Below, one piece after another: positions 40,280-64,000 of a DNA stretch of 64,000 nucleotides; the first letter of the stretch is position 1; each line of letters starts with the position of its first letter. Made by a program: the position numbers and the translations under genes. This stretch comes from Paraspadella gotoi. Taxonomy: Eukaryota > Animalia > Chaetognatha. The stretch lies in NCBI GenBank assembly GCA_051294375.1, contig CM119265.1:16374005-16438004 (forward strand), given 5' to 3'. The notes beneath the pieces were generated by a model. It made no database searches. It saw only the letters and a program-made list of their open reading frames with translations, and was not told where the DNA came from.

Positions 40280-41211
40280 CTTCGGAAGCTGAAGGGGAAG
40301 TTAAGGGGGCGATGGGAGTCTCTCGACCGTCGACGGCGAAACGGCCTCAAAATCGAGACGAAAGCGGAACGATGAGGCCGAGGTTAAGTCGCCTCAAGGT
40401 TTTGAATACGACGTCGAACGTCAAGACCTTCAGCGTGCCTATTTTTCTTTAGCGTTTTAAGGGATACCACAGATTAAATTTTCGCTGCTCCAAAAGAAAA
40501 CGAGAAATAGTTTTAATTAAATGATAAACCTAAGCTTCAAGCATAAACGGTTAAAGTAGGTCTCTTAGATCGTGAACATATTCGTTTTGATTATAATGAA
40601 AAGAAACTGAAGATAGTTCGAGTTCACGAGGGCATAACAAATAATATGAGAAATTCCAAGATTAATTGTTAAAAAAATGTATCAAATTAAGTTTTACAAT
40701 TCGATCTAATTCAAGGTTGTGCGAGGTCAAGGTTGAGAAAAATGAAGAACTGGTGGAAAGAAAACGGGATATGTACAGACATGGTCGACTGGTGTTTTGG
40801 TCGGATCAGGCAGCTCGTCAAAGCAGCGGGGAATTAACAAAAGAGCAATGGGAGGTTTGGAAAGAGTAAGTTTTCTGTGTTGTTATATTATATTGCGAAT
40901 CCGAAGTCTGACTATTGACTTGTGCTTCGACAAAATATATAAAAAATAAAAATCAGTTGACTGTCATATAAACAGCCATTTTAGATGTTTATGCTTTCGT
41001 TATGACTATACTAGAGAAAGAAATTTGACAAATAAATTCATGTGAATTTTATTAATTTGTACAAACAAGCATACCAACTACAGCAATAACGACAATATGT
41101 TTATATTTTTATATTTTTATATTTTAATGTACTCCTTTAAAGCTTTGACTAGAAATTTTGTTTTTCTATTTTTTTTTCTTTACTACATTAAATATATCGG
41201 TAATAAATCGA

Positions 41212-44200
41212 TCACGAGTACATTCTGATATTTTTAATCTGAACAAACTCTTGCCCCGCCCATCCTCCACCGCCCGTCTTGAGAATGTCCATCCTCAACG
41301 ACTTGACCTCCACCTTGTGGTCGACCACAAAGAATCTCCAGGCGTCGTCGCGCCATTCCACCTCGGAGGCCTCGACGACCGTCTTCCACTCGTCCCCGTC
41401 GTGGGCGCGGCCGATGACGCGGAAGTCTCGCGGGGCGCAGCAGCCCAGGTTAGCCTGATGGTAGTGATAGCGATAGGCGTTGATGTCTTTATAGACTGGG
41501 ATCTGGCTCATTTAATTAACTCAAAAATGATACAATTACATTCGAAGTTACATTTTGCTCGGAATCATCTGCACACCTGCATGGCAAATACGGAGGGCAC
41601 GTCAGGACTTCAGCTGCCGCGTAATCCACTGCTGCTGCGACCGAGAGTCGTCGCTGATCCAAACATCTTCGTCGTCGCGAACGCCATCGCCGCCTCACAG
41701 TCTAGACGCCTTTCGGGAAGGGAAATCGATAGGAAAATGAGGACAAATTGATTAATTGAATATTTAGCGCTGAACCGATTGATTAATTAATGATTGACGG
41801 AATAAGTGATGCGATAGTTCTAATTTATTTTTTGGATTAAATATTTCTGATTGTTAGATTGACTGATTGAATCAACGACTCATTGATTTGTATTGGTTAC
41901 CCAATTTGATTGATTGATTTGTTGTTGATGATTGATTGTTTTCTTTGCATTCTTTTTAGTTATTATCTACGAAAGTAATATGATTATTATGATTAAATAT
42001 CACTATTTTTCATTATGTTAATACTGTTATTGTATTAATTAAAATAATAATATGATTTCGATCAAACCTGACCTCATAACGAAGCCGGCTCAGTCACAAG
42101 TCCAATCGTAGACCGTGCTGGCCTCGGCCGAGCCACCGTTTCTCATGTTCAACGATTCACTTTTGTTTATAGCTTTTTCCGCTCCCAGCCACGAGAGCGC
42201 AGCACACATCCCTTCCAAGACTCTTCGCTCTCCCTTCTCGAAATAAAAGGAAGTGAGCTCCTTGACGTATGACCTCAACTTGTCGCTCTTGGATTCTCCG
42301 CTCTTCATCTTAACGTCCCAGTCCACGTCGGGTTGGACACGAGTCAGGGTGTGCAGGTCGAAGGCGGCCTTGACGGAGGCGTCCGACTGTAGGTGGTCAA
42401 GAGATGGTTTGGTCGCAGAATAGTCAAACTTTGTTTCAATACACCGAATGAATAAAAAATTGAAATAATATTCATTGACCTTGCATGTTACAATTTTGTA
42501 AAATTCCTGTTATTTGAATAAAAATTAACAACGACATAATCTCAAAATTCCCTTGACTGACTTTAGTCGAGAGCCAATGTTGGATGAGTTGCGACATGAT
42601 CTCGGCGGCAACGACTCTGTCTTCGGCGTCCTTGAGGTCCCAACGCACCCCCGTGGCCACCGTGGTGTCGTAGATAGCGCTCAAGGTCTCCAGGTCGGCT
42701 TCGGCCAGGAACTGTTGCCCCAAATCCTGGAGCGTTTCGCAGATTTGGTCTTTGGCGAACTCGTCCAGGTTGAGACCACGCAGACACCTGGAGAGAAAAA
42801 AAATTGGGATTTGTACGAAAAGAAAATTGTCAACTACTTCTAAAGCTCTACCTTATTTATTTGATCAATAGGAACATATCGCTCTAATGACCCCAGTGAC
42901 TAAGATTATGAAAAGAGAGACCAACAAACTGATAAAACGGCACCAGGATGGAGAAAGAAATATTCAACACTAAATTTAGATTAGTGAATCAATTATAAAA
43001 TACTTCTATTATCGGAGAGCAGAATAAATAAATCATTTATTTATTGATTAATACTTCAATTCCCCGGTGAGCATCCACTGATTGAGGGCCGCGTTTTGAC
43101 TAGCGGCCACGTGTTCGCGGTGTCGTTCCTCCACGTAGCGAAGCCTCAGCGCCTTGACGTCGTCGGCGTCTGTAGCGGCTGCGGCGGCGGCTGCGGCGAC
43201 GCGGGAAGCCGTCTCGCGCCGGAGGATCTGCTCGAGGCGGCGGCCGCCGATGACGGAATGGAGGTCCATGGCGAGGACGAAGGGATCGAGACCGACGAGG
43301 AAACTTGAGGCCGACAACTCGACCGACTCGCGTTGTCCTTTAAGTGGAAAGGGGGGGGGGAGTAGGAGTGGAGGTGCTCTCGATAAAAATGGCGAACTAA
43401 TTGAGATTAATTGATTTATTCAGAAACAAAATAATTCTAAAAAAGCATCTCATCGGCCACACCAATCTAGTGGTCACCCGATCCACAGTCCCTCCTGAAC
43501 CGGCCTCTACTCCCCACATTGTGGCCCACACCCCACGACCCCCAGCGCCCTCACCGTCGTTTTTCCAATTGGCGCCGACGGCGAAACTGAAGAACGTCTT
43601 CAAGAGACGAAAAAACTGCGCCGTCAAAAAATTGATGTTGAGGAGCTCGACGGTGAGGCGCTTCCGGTCGAGGCCGCACTTGAGAACAGGCCGTTTGGGC
43701 GGCGGCCGCGCGGGCAGTTTGGCGGCGAGAAACTTAGCCGCTTCGGTGACGCCGTCGTTGAGGTCGTCGAGAGCCTTAAGGCACGCCGCCCGCGCCGCTC
43801 TCAACTCCCCTGCCACCGTCTTCATCTTGGTCGGTGGGAGAAAAGTGAAGGAGTTGTTCTCCGTCAATTCGATCGTCGAGTTCCAAGATGTGAGGAGGTT
43901 GAGGACCTTCAGCACCTCCGACGCCAGGATCCACTTGCCGAGATCGAGTCGCTCGTCGTCGGGCAGGCGGGAGGCGTTGCCACCGGCGCGACGGACGCCC
44001 CACTCCGCTGCGTCGAGTCCCGAGCGGATCTTCGAAGTAAGGGCGTCTCGCTCGTCCTGCGGAGCCTCGCGGCGCTCCACCAGCTTGACGCGGAGACGCC
44101 GGAGAGCGCCGCTGAGTTCGTCCCGCGCCAAGTCGGCGTCGCGAAGGCGAAGGCGCTCGGCGCCGCGTTGGACGTCGGCAGCGACGGCGTCAAATTCGGG

Positions 44201-44302
44201 GGCGACATCCTCGGCGCCCTCTACCGTCGGCGCGGAGAAGTTGCAATGGTCCGAGTGGAGGATTCCGGCGGCGATCTCGAGAGAGGGCAGCACGATCTCC
44301 AT
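41212..44302 (-). CDS. Uncharacterised protein: N-terminal helical domain plus C-terminal discoidin/F5-8 type C (galactose-binding-like) domain; frame disrupted at ~42092-41600
   Basis: Exons 44302-43555, 43337-43055, 42787-42562, 42386-42073, 41709-41577 and 41502-41212 with matching phases. GGSAEASTVY and APRDFRVIG..DGDEW...LRMDILKT...VQIKNIRMY fit the discoidin pattern. In-frame TGA at 42090-42092 and 41610-41612. Confidence 0.7.
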
Positions 44303-44571
44303 GGCAACGGTGAAGGGAAAGGAGGGGTGTTGAATGACCGATTGCGAAAGACCACGGCGACGGCGACAGCGTGGATTTTTTTGGACGACGACGCCGATAA
44401 TTGACGGCGTCGGTTTTTTTAACGTTCAGGTTGCAGCAATTTTCGAATACAATCGACAATCCGGCGACGAAGATCTCGGCCGCTCTTGGGTTTTCGAAAA
44501 CGAAAAACAAAACAACTAATTCGCCCTAGGTAGATTTAAATCACTGATCGAAATCGTTAACTCTCTCTCTG

Positions 44572-44615
<44 letters not shown>

Positions 44616-47260
44616 CTTCTCGTCGTCCTTGCAATCGACTTCGCTTGTCGTCGTCGTCGTCATCGTTGTTGTTGTCGTTGCTTCGTTTTTGATCGATTTT
44701 TTTCCCAAAGTCAGTTTTCGACTGTCAGCCTCGTGATTTACGGGTCAGGTGATTTTCTGTGCGCGAGCGCCGAATTTACGTGATTGCGAGAGACTCGTTT
44801 TAAGCTTCGTCAGACGCGAAGTAATTACATGCTATAGAGCTACTATGTATACTATCTGTAATAGTAGCAGTGTCAGTTGATAAACGTAAAAGGATAACTC
44901 CAAATGGTTGTGCTGTCAAAAAAAAGAAGAAGGAAATTCTTTACTCGGATCACATCACATATATTTTTATTGCGAGATTGTTTTTACAATGTAAACATAG
45001 TTTAAGATGTACAATATTACAATAAAGATTCAAAGTGTTTAGGTAAAAATCTATGATACGTGTATCTAGTTATATTTCTTTCTTTTTTACACGTTGCAAA
45101 ATATCCAGTCGATCAGGAAAGAGAAATGATTGTCAAATTTGTAAACAGGAGAGATAGAAAGAGAGAAACCATCACAATTCGAACCCTTCAAAAAAGAAAA
45201 ATACTTTTTTTTTAGTATAAGCGAATACGAAGGAAAAAATTTGGAACGATAAAAAATATATCTGAAGCCATTGAATGCACCATATATCTAAAATCCACGA
45301 ACATGTACAACATTTTACAATAAAGGATACAGTGATTAAGTGCTATTTCCAAGTATTTATTATTGCTTATAACTTATATATCCTGGGTGACAGCAATCTG
45401 TGCCTTTTCGCGTGTAAAGAATTAAAAGAGAAAAAAAAAAACCGTGTCGACTGTATTTCTCCCGAATCGCCGTGTCAGTTTAATCTGTCCTATATTTTTC
45501 GACTGTTTACTGTTTACTGTTTACTGTTGGCAATCATCCACGGAGCTTTACCGGCAAAAAAAGCTCTCGGCAGAGCTTTTTTTTCGATCCGGGCCAAATG
45601 CCGTAGGAGCGATGGAGAGAGAGAGACTTTGAGTGACTGTGTGATCGATCGTTGCCAGGATGTGACGGGTAAGAATCTGGATCACGTCCGTGATGAAACT
45701 GCGACAACTTTTTTTTTTGTTTTTTTTTGGATCGTATGAAAATTGAACAGAACAGCGCCATCGGAAAAAAAGAAAAGAAATTCACGATTTGATGGATTTG
45801 ATTCTTTTCTTTTCGTTTTTCGTGACTTTTCTTTTTTGTTGTTGTTGTTGTTGTCCGTTACTCGACCATGAGACTGTAAATTCCTCGACAATGGGTTAGA
45901 TATATAACGCGTCGTTTATATTACATTGCGGCGGTGAATATATAGCGTAAACTGCGTGGATAGATTGGCTTCCGATTAAGTGATATGAAACGTCTTATAT
46001 TCTATAACGATTTCTAGGGGATGAAAAAGCAAAGAGACATTTGGACAGACAACTGGACTCAGCAGCCGGGGAAAGGAGAGAGAAACGGCAGGGAGGAAAG
46101 AAAAATAAAAAGACGAAGAAGAAAAAAGAAGAAAAAATCTTGATTATTTAACTTTTATGTGGGAAGGAAAAAGGAGGAAAAAGGAGGAAAAAGGAAACAG
46201 ACAAGCGAGGGATTTTTTTTTCTTTTTTTTTTATTTCATCTTATTCCTCAGCCTAATATTCAAAATAGTGATATTTAGGTCCATGGGATTGGTCTAAAAT
46301 TCTTCATCACTATAGAATTGGGTTGAAGAAGACTCATAGATTCATAGCACAAACATCCTTCTATTGATAAAAATAGACAAACATCATCACCCAACTGAGA
46401 AAAAAAAATGTGTAACGTGATTAACTGAAACGTTTTATGCGGTCACTAATCACTAATCACTGAACGAGGTTAACTGGTATTTACGGAAGTTTTATGATAA
46501 CGTATGTGCGGAAAAAAATACGAGGTTGAGCTAACATGGTCTTAAATTTTTGATTCGGCTCTTTTGAAAAAAAATTCTTCTAAATCGTAAGGCAAGATTT
46601 GATATTACGCTCATATGCCTTAACTTTAATCGATATATTAGAGTACCTATTAAGTTTTAAAAAATTAACGCTGCATCCATGACAGAGTACGCAATTAGAT
46701 TTGTAAATACATATAAATACGCGATCTTTTGTTCGACGATATGGTTATAAAAGTTAACTAATTATTCGATTATTATTTGATTTGCTCTTTTGATTATTAT
46801 CATTTTTTTTGCTAAAAAAAAACCAAAATTCTTTAAAAACGAGTGATGATATCGATCTAAGTATCACGAATACACGAAATGACGAGAAAAAAATATTTCT
46901 TAGTAATTTTTTCAGGATTCCTTGTGCGGAATAGGATCACCATATTGCTGCGAAAAGGAAATATTAAATATGCGACCAAAGAAAAAATTATATATTAAAC
47001 GCGGGTCTTATTTTACTCTTTTTGATAATGGCGATTCAAACAGAATTTGAGAAAAAAAATTTTTTTTCTTTTAAATGTATAAAGAAGAGATCAGAAGATT
47101 CGTACGTTTTGACCCATAGGCCAGATACAACAAATAAACATTTCATTTTATCAACAATCATTATAATGTGTACAAGTGTTTGTTTTGATTTTTTTGCTCA
47201 GATATCAAGCTCGGGAGCGAGAGAGCCCAAAGATTTCTTTTCTTGGAAAAGAAATGCTTT

Positions 47261-47361
<101 letters not shown>

Positions 47362-48308
47362 AATGGGGGCAGAGCCCGCCTATAACAGTGTTAACGTAAA
47401 AACAACGCGACAGAAAAGAAGACGCGTTGAAATTGATAATAATAATAATCATAATAATAATAATGTGAATAATGTGTTCGTGTCGACAGAGCGTAAAAAT
47501 CCCGAAAATAAAATTATTAGACAGAAAAATATAGGAATAGAAATCGAAAGGAGTTGACTAGTTGCGACTCATCGGGAAAATCTCCGTCCAGCATCTAAGA
47601 CAGGCCGCGAAATTGCAGCATTTATGCAAATATGCTGTGTGTTACAGCACATATTTCGCGAGCTGCAACGCGGGCGTCGTTTTCGTCCTTCAAGTGGACG
47701 AAATCTATCTTGCTTTTGTCCTCATTACACAGCCAGGGGTAATAAATATAATTTAATACGGTCTGGAAATGTACTACAGTAGCCTTTATTTCAGCTTGTA
47801 ACTTTTAATGACGACTTATCAAGGGAATCAAAATGCTTTTGATAATAAGTAATCTACTAGATATTTTAAGTCATTATTAATAGGTCATTAGTTAATATGC
47901 ACTATGTTAATAACTCATATTATGCATATTTTCATTTATATTATTTTCTTTATAATTATTATAAACTCTACACCCTATTTAAAAAAAACTAACAACCTTT
48001 TAAGTCCCTAAATAAGCCCTCATGAAATACTAAAAACAAAAACAAACAATACTGTAGTTAGTATTTAACTATTCATCGTTCTAAATGTTTACATTGAAGA
48101 GTAAGGTGGTCGATCGAGGGGCGTGAAATTATAACTTGGGCGGTGAAGGGGTTTTGGTGAACGTGGTCGCTTTCGTGATGCAACAATTTGGTAATTAATG
48201 GCAAGACGACCGATAACTGAGAAATAGAAAGTAAGGTTTCGATGAGGGTTGGAATGATTTTTTTTTTCAGGTGGGCGATCAGATCGGTGATTGGTGGAGA
48301 CTCTAAGC

Positions 48309-59236
<10,928 letters not shown>

Positions 59237-59305
59237 CTGAGTGAAGGAACAAGGGATTGGCGGGTAAGGAAAGAGTGAAAGTCAGTCTCTATCTCTCTCT
59301 CACTT

Positions 59306-59379
<74 letters not shown>

Positions 59380-59881
59380 CTCGTTCCATTGACGCGCGGT
59401 ATCCTAGCAACCGGGAGCTCATCCTCCGCGGCGGCGGACTCCGCCGACCCAGCAGCCGCCGCCGCTGCTGCAACGCGGGCATTGCCGAGACGAAAACGAC
59501 GACGACGACGACGACGACGACGACTACTGCGAGTGCACGACTGTGCTCCGCCTTACTTCGTCAGAGGTCATAGTCTTTCGGTCAGAGAGACGAGGGAAGC
59601 TAGAGAGAGAGAGAGAGAACGCGAGATACACTGTATTTTGTGTAACGAGAAAATTCTAGTTTATTTGTTTTTTCTTTTCAAACGATCCGTCGCTAAACGT
59701 TGACAAATTTAAGTTAAATACAAGTTTGTTCTTTAAAAATTTAGTTGCGATGAAGAAACTTCCTAAATAACTGGTAGGAGGTAATCAACGCCAACTGCTA
59801 ATTGTTCAATAGAGAGAGAAAGAGAGAGAAAAATTCGTAATTCGAAACTATGAAAAATTTAATAAGCGCTGTTCCTCCTCC

Positions 59882-59991
59882 TGCTTGTATTATTCTGATG
59901 ATTGTTTGAGTAACTCTAATAAAGCTTGTCCATTGGACTTGCTTGTATTATTCTGATGATTGTTTGAGTAACTCTAATAAAGCTTGTCCAT
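59882..59991 (+). repeat. Two-copy 58-bp tandem repeat with degenerate hammerhead-like motifs
   Basis: tgcttgtattattCTGATGAttgtttgagtaactctaatAAAGCTTGtccat repeated with period 58. Confidence 0.8.
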
Positions 59992-60271
59992 GGTCCAATG
60001 TCCATTGTTGGCCCTAAATTGAACGAAGGCTGTAGAAATAAGCTTTTTACTAACTTTATATCTCCGTCGCCCATCCTGAGGCAAAATGATATCTCGGATC
60101 AAAATAACTGATTATCTAATATCTGTCATTCTTATTATTTTCTATTGACTGACGCGCTGCACGATTTCGAGCGAGCGCCACATTTTTTTTTCTCCTCTCC
60201 ATAAATTGTACATCGGAACAAAATCCCTTCACAGTCGGAAGTCTAAAACATTTCACGGAGGTGAAGATGGA

Positions 60272-60340
<69 letters not shown>

Positions 60341-60471
60341 TCTCTCTCTCTCTCTTTCTCACCGGTTCTCCCGCGGTTTTCGGCTGGCATTCATGGACGC
60401 CAAACTACCGTCTCCTCTCTGTGTATCGAGATTGACTCGAACTTCCTCTCTCTATCATCTCTCTCTCTCTT

Positions 60472-60528
<57 letters not shown>

Positions 60529-63437
60529 TTTTTTATCTCAACTTAATTTAGTTTCTCTATTGTTTTCTTCTTGATTTCACTTGTGTTGTGAAAAAGTTAT
60601 TGTTATTATACTTCCCAATTTCCTTTACTTTACTAAGAATTGCTGAAGGTGGTGAGAAAAATTTCATTTCAACTTAAATGTATGTCACAATGGTCGACTA
60701 TTTAAAAGGCAAAAAAATATAAACCCTGACTAAAAATAGATCGTCTTCTTTCTCGTGTATTCTTGAGAAAAAGAAAGAAAAAGTCTGGAAAAAGAAATAA
60801 ATGAAAGAAGTCAAGTTGAAGAGCGGGAGAGAAGAAGATTTTTCAGAAGCAAACAGAGTTTCCCTAAAAATTTTTTTTTCTCGAAAAAAAAAGTAGCGAG
60901 GAGAAATTTCGAGAAGGAAGAAGGAAAGGAAACGAAGCTCGATGAAAGGAGGGGAGGAAGGATGGGAGGAAAGGAAAGGAGAAAGAGAAAGAAGAAAGGA
61001 AAAGAATTTGAAAAGGAGGAAATCATTCGTCTATCTTAGGCCGGGGATGACGCCGCGTCAAATTGAATTAAGGAAACTTTTGGCGAAGATGGAATAGCGC
61101 GAATTTAAAGAGCAAGGGAAGTTTTTTGTGGAGGATGAATGCGCAATATGAGTAGTCCAAAAGTTGGAAATTATTACAGACATCGAGATTTCATTTAAAA
61201 AACGTCGCACACTTAATCAGATAGAATAAATAAATAATTCTTCATATTAAAAATATTTAACTTTAATGCATCGAACATGAGAGATCCCGAGATCGATTAC
61301 GTCATGTCGTATCTTTTTTAATAGTTTTAAGACCGGTCAAGCGGTCAAAAAGAACAAAAGATACTTAGCGAACCTGGCGGATATTTGCGAATTTTTTCAA
61401 TAAAAAGAGCATCTTTTTGCTGTTGAAATCTGACGATGAGTTTAGTTTTATTTAAAACATAGGTCTTATTTATAATATTTTCTATGTTTTATTATAATTT
61501 CATAATTCTTAATAATTTATAGTTATTTAGTAGCTGCAAGGTTGTAATTTTTAATAGTTTTTTTCTGTTTTTATAGGAAACAGTTTAGAAATTAATCGCT
61601 ATTTTTTGTGTTTGCTTTACTGAATTCAGTCTGAACTTATTTTTTGAAGAAAAATTAAATATAAAATTCCAATTCTTATATAGTCAACATGATAAATATA
61701 ATAAAATAATAATATTTATGAAAAGATAAATTATATTTTTTTAACAATGACAAAGTTTATACTAAACATAAATGTTAAACGGATATGATTTGATTAACAA
61801 TTTTATCCCCTTCTTCTTAAACTATTATATATGTACAATTATAAAAAGCCTTTTGCGATGTACTATAGTTTCATTTTAAATTCAGGAGATGTATGAGGGT
61901 TTGAAGCATACCATAGGCAACCTTTTTTTTCAATTTATAAAAAATTATCTTCGGATGTTTTTTTGAGTTTTTAGTAATTTGTATTATTTCGTCTATTTTT
62001 TTATTGTCTGATTTATAGACGAATAAGTAACTTTTAATTTGGTTAACATAAGGACATAATTTTTTTTACATAAAAATAGACATATTTCGGACTCAATTCA
62101 TATTTTCATCGTTGTTGTTAAACAATTTAAAATATTATCATATTGTTTTTTGAGTTTTTAATCAAAATTTGTTTAATTGACTTTTTCAATATTGTTGATT
62201 GAAGAATTAATAAAGCCATCTATCAATGTTTACAGACAAGGCTTTGATTATTTATAATTAAGTTGACCAGTTTGGAGACTATCTACATATACGAGTTTTG
62301 ATTTTAAAAAAAACTTATAAACAAAAGCAATTCTTTAAAATCTTGGAAGTTAAGCTTCTTCTCAAGTGTTCTCTGTTTACTTTAAATGAAACTACTTTAT
62401 TTATAATAGTTACAAAATATTTACTATTCAAATTTAGTAACGTTTATTAGACAGTATTTAATTTTTTTTACGATCATTCAACATAATAAACTTAATCATG
62501 ATTCTGATACTGAATGGATTCCTTTTCACTTATCGTATATGTATATACTGAGAATTTATCGAATGATTTGACTTTTAACTTTCAGTTTTTAGCTTTATTT
62601 TTAGACTTTTTTAAATTTTGTTTAGTTGAAAGAGAAAATATTTTTCACTTATTATGATTATCAGTTTAATGTAAAGTCTGTTATTATGAGTACATGGATA
62701 AGATTAGACTAATTCACTAAAATTGCTGCTTTCAAGCTTGTGCTCTAAAAATTAAAATTGCTGTTTTAAAAAAAAAAAATTTATTATAATTATAAATACT
62801 ATTATTTTACATTATTATTAATATTGTTAATTATTTTTTGATAATATTAATACTTATTATTTTTTTTAATATTTTACTTTTATTGGTTATTTTTATCTTA
62901 AGTTATCATGTTTTCTTCGGATTTACCTATTTATTAAGCAACATATAACGGTAAATAAACGATTTTGAAAAGTTATACAATTTATAAATGTTTATTTTAT
63001 GTAATAAGGATTTTAAGGCCAAGCAAAATAGTTAATTTATATTTTATGCAAAAATCTGTTCCGAATTCCTTCTTTTGGTAGGAAAAAAGCATTCGAGCTC
63101 TCGTTTAAATGCCATTTATCTTGTTTATATTAGGTATAATACTATAAACTATTTATATTTATAAAAACTATTCTAAAACTTTTAATATTTAATTATTTTA
63201 TAATATTACAATAATTAAACGTCTTGAAATTACGCGATTAAATGAGCGTCATCGTTATCTTGACACTTCGATTTAAGCTAATTTGCATAATTTAGGAGCC
63301 AGATAAAATCGACCGGGATCTCTTCATGTTTTGAGAATTTCAAATCGAAATAAAGGTGGTTTTAAAATTAAAGTATATGATGTGTGTGATCCACTTGTGT
63401 AAACGTTTTTAAAATCCGAATTTCATCTTGATACACT

Positions 63438-63717
63438 AATATGAGGGAAAGGTGGAATGGAATGCGAATATGAGGAAAGGTGGAATGAATTGCGAATGAT
63501 GAGGGAGGGGGAATGAATGCGAATATGAGGAGAAAGTGAATTAATGCGAAATATGAGGGAAAGGTGAATGAATGCGAATATGAGGGAAAGGTGGATGAAT
63601 GGGAATATGAGGGAAGGTGAATGAATGCGAATATGAGGGAAAGGTGGAATGAATGCGAAATATGAGGAAAGGTTGAATGAATGCGAATATGAGGGAAAGG
63701 TGGAATGAATGTGAATA
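63438..63717. repeat. ~28-bp minisatellite, about 10 degenerate copies
   Basis: Unit approximately gaatatgagggaaaggtggaatgaatgc. Confidence 0.92.
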
Positions 63718-64000
63718 TTATTGAATGTTGATAGGACAATTTTTAAGGAAGTTTAGGGAAATTTGGTCTATATAGAAAGACAAATGGTAAAAAGAAATGA
63801 ATGCTAAAACAGAATGAATGCTTATTTAAAGAGAAGATCGCTACTTGTCGAAACAGACAAAAAGCCTGAGCATGAATCTAAAAATTGCAACAACAAAAAA
63901 AATTACTAAAATACAATACAATACAAAACAATACAATAAAATACAATACAATGCAATACTACACATGTTTTCTAGCTAAAAACACGTATTTAAAATTTGA

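Noticed and set aside
63438-63717. CRISPR-like array or 123-aa ORF
   Set aside because: Contiguous degenerate units with no unique spacers in eukaryotic DNA: a minisatellite.

Overview
Gene-dense eukaryotic (bilaterian invertebrate-type) draft-assembly DNA. It has GC/CpG-rich exons, short AT-rich GT-AG introns, many (GA)n/(TCG)n microsatellites and N gaps. About 11 genes can be assembled by hand (all but TMEM9 spliced): a neutral sphingomyelinase (SMPD3-like), a patatin phospholipase fused to TPR-like helices, the 3' part of a TBC1D2-like RabGAP with a split beta-propeller, a small multi-pass membrane protein, a C-type lectin, an NHL-repeat protein, a CUB-like/LDLa membrane protein, a C2H2 zinc-finger protein, intronless TMEM9, a helical-domain + discoidin protein whose 3' end carries in-frame TGA codons, and a vesicular glutamate transporter. 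A tRNA-derived SINE and two large indel-rich duplications (probable gap-filling artefacts) are also present. Best leads: (1) minimal hammerhead-ribozyme motifs in introns, one at the apex of a 163-bp fold-back palindrome; (2) an apparent TMEM9/zinc-finger bicistronic transcript; (3) the patatin-TPR architecture; (4) two lipid hydrolase genes apparently nested antisense in a TBC intron. Family calls come from motif recognition only; no searches were run.
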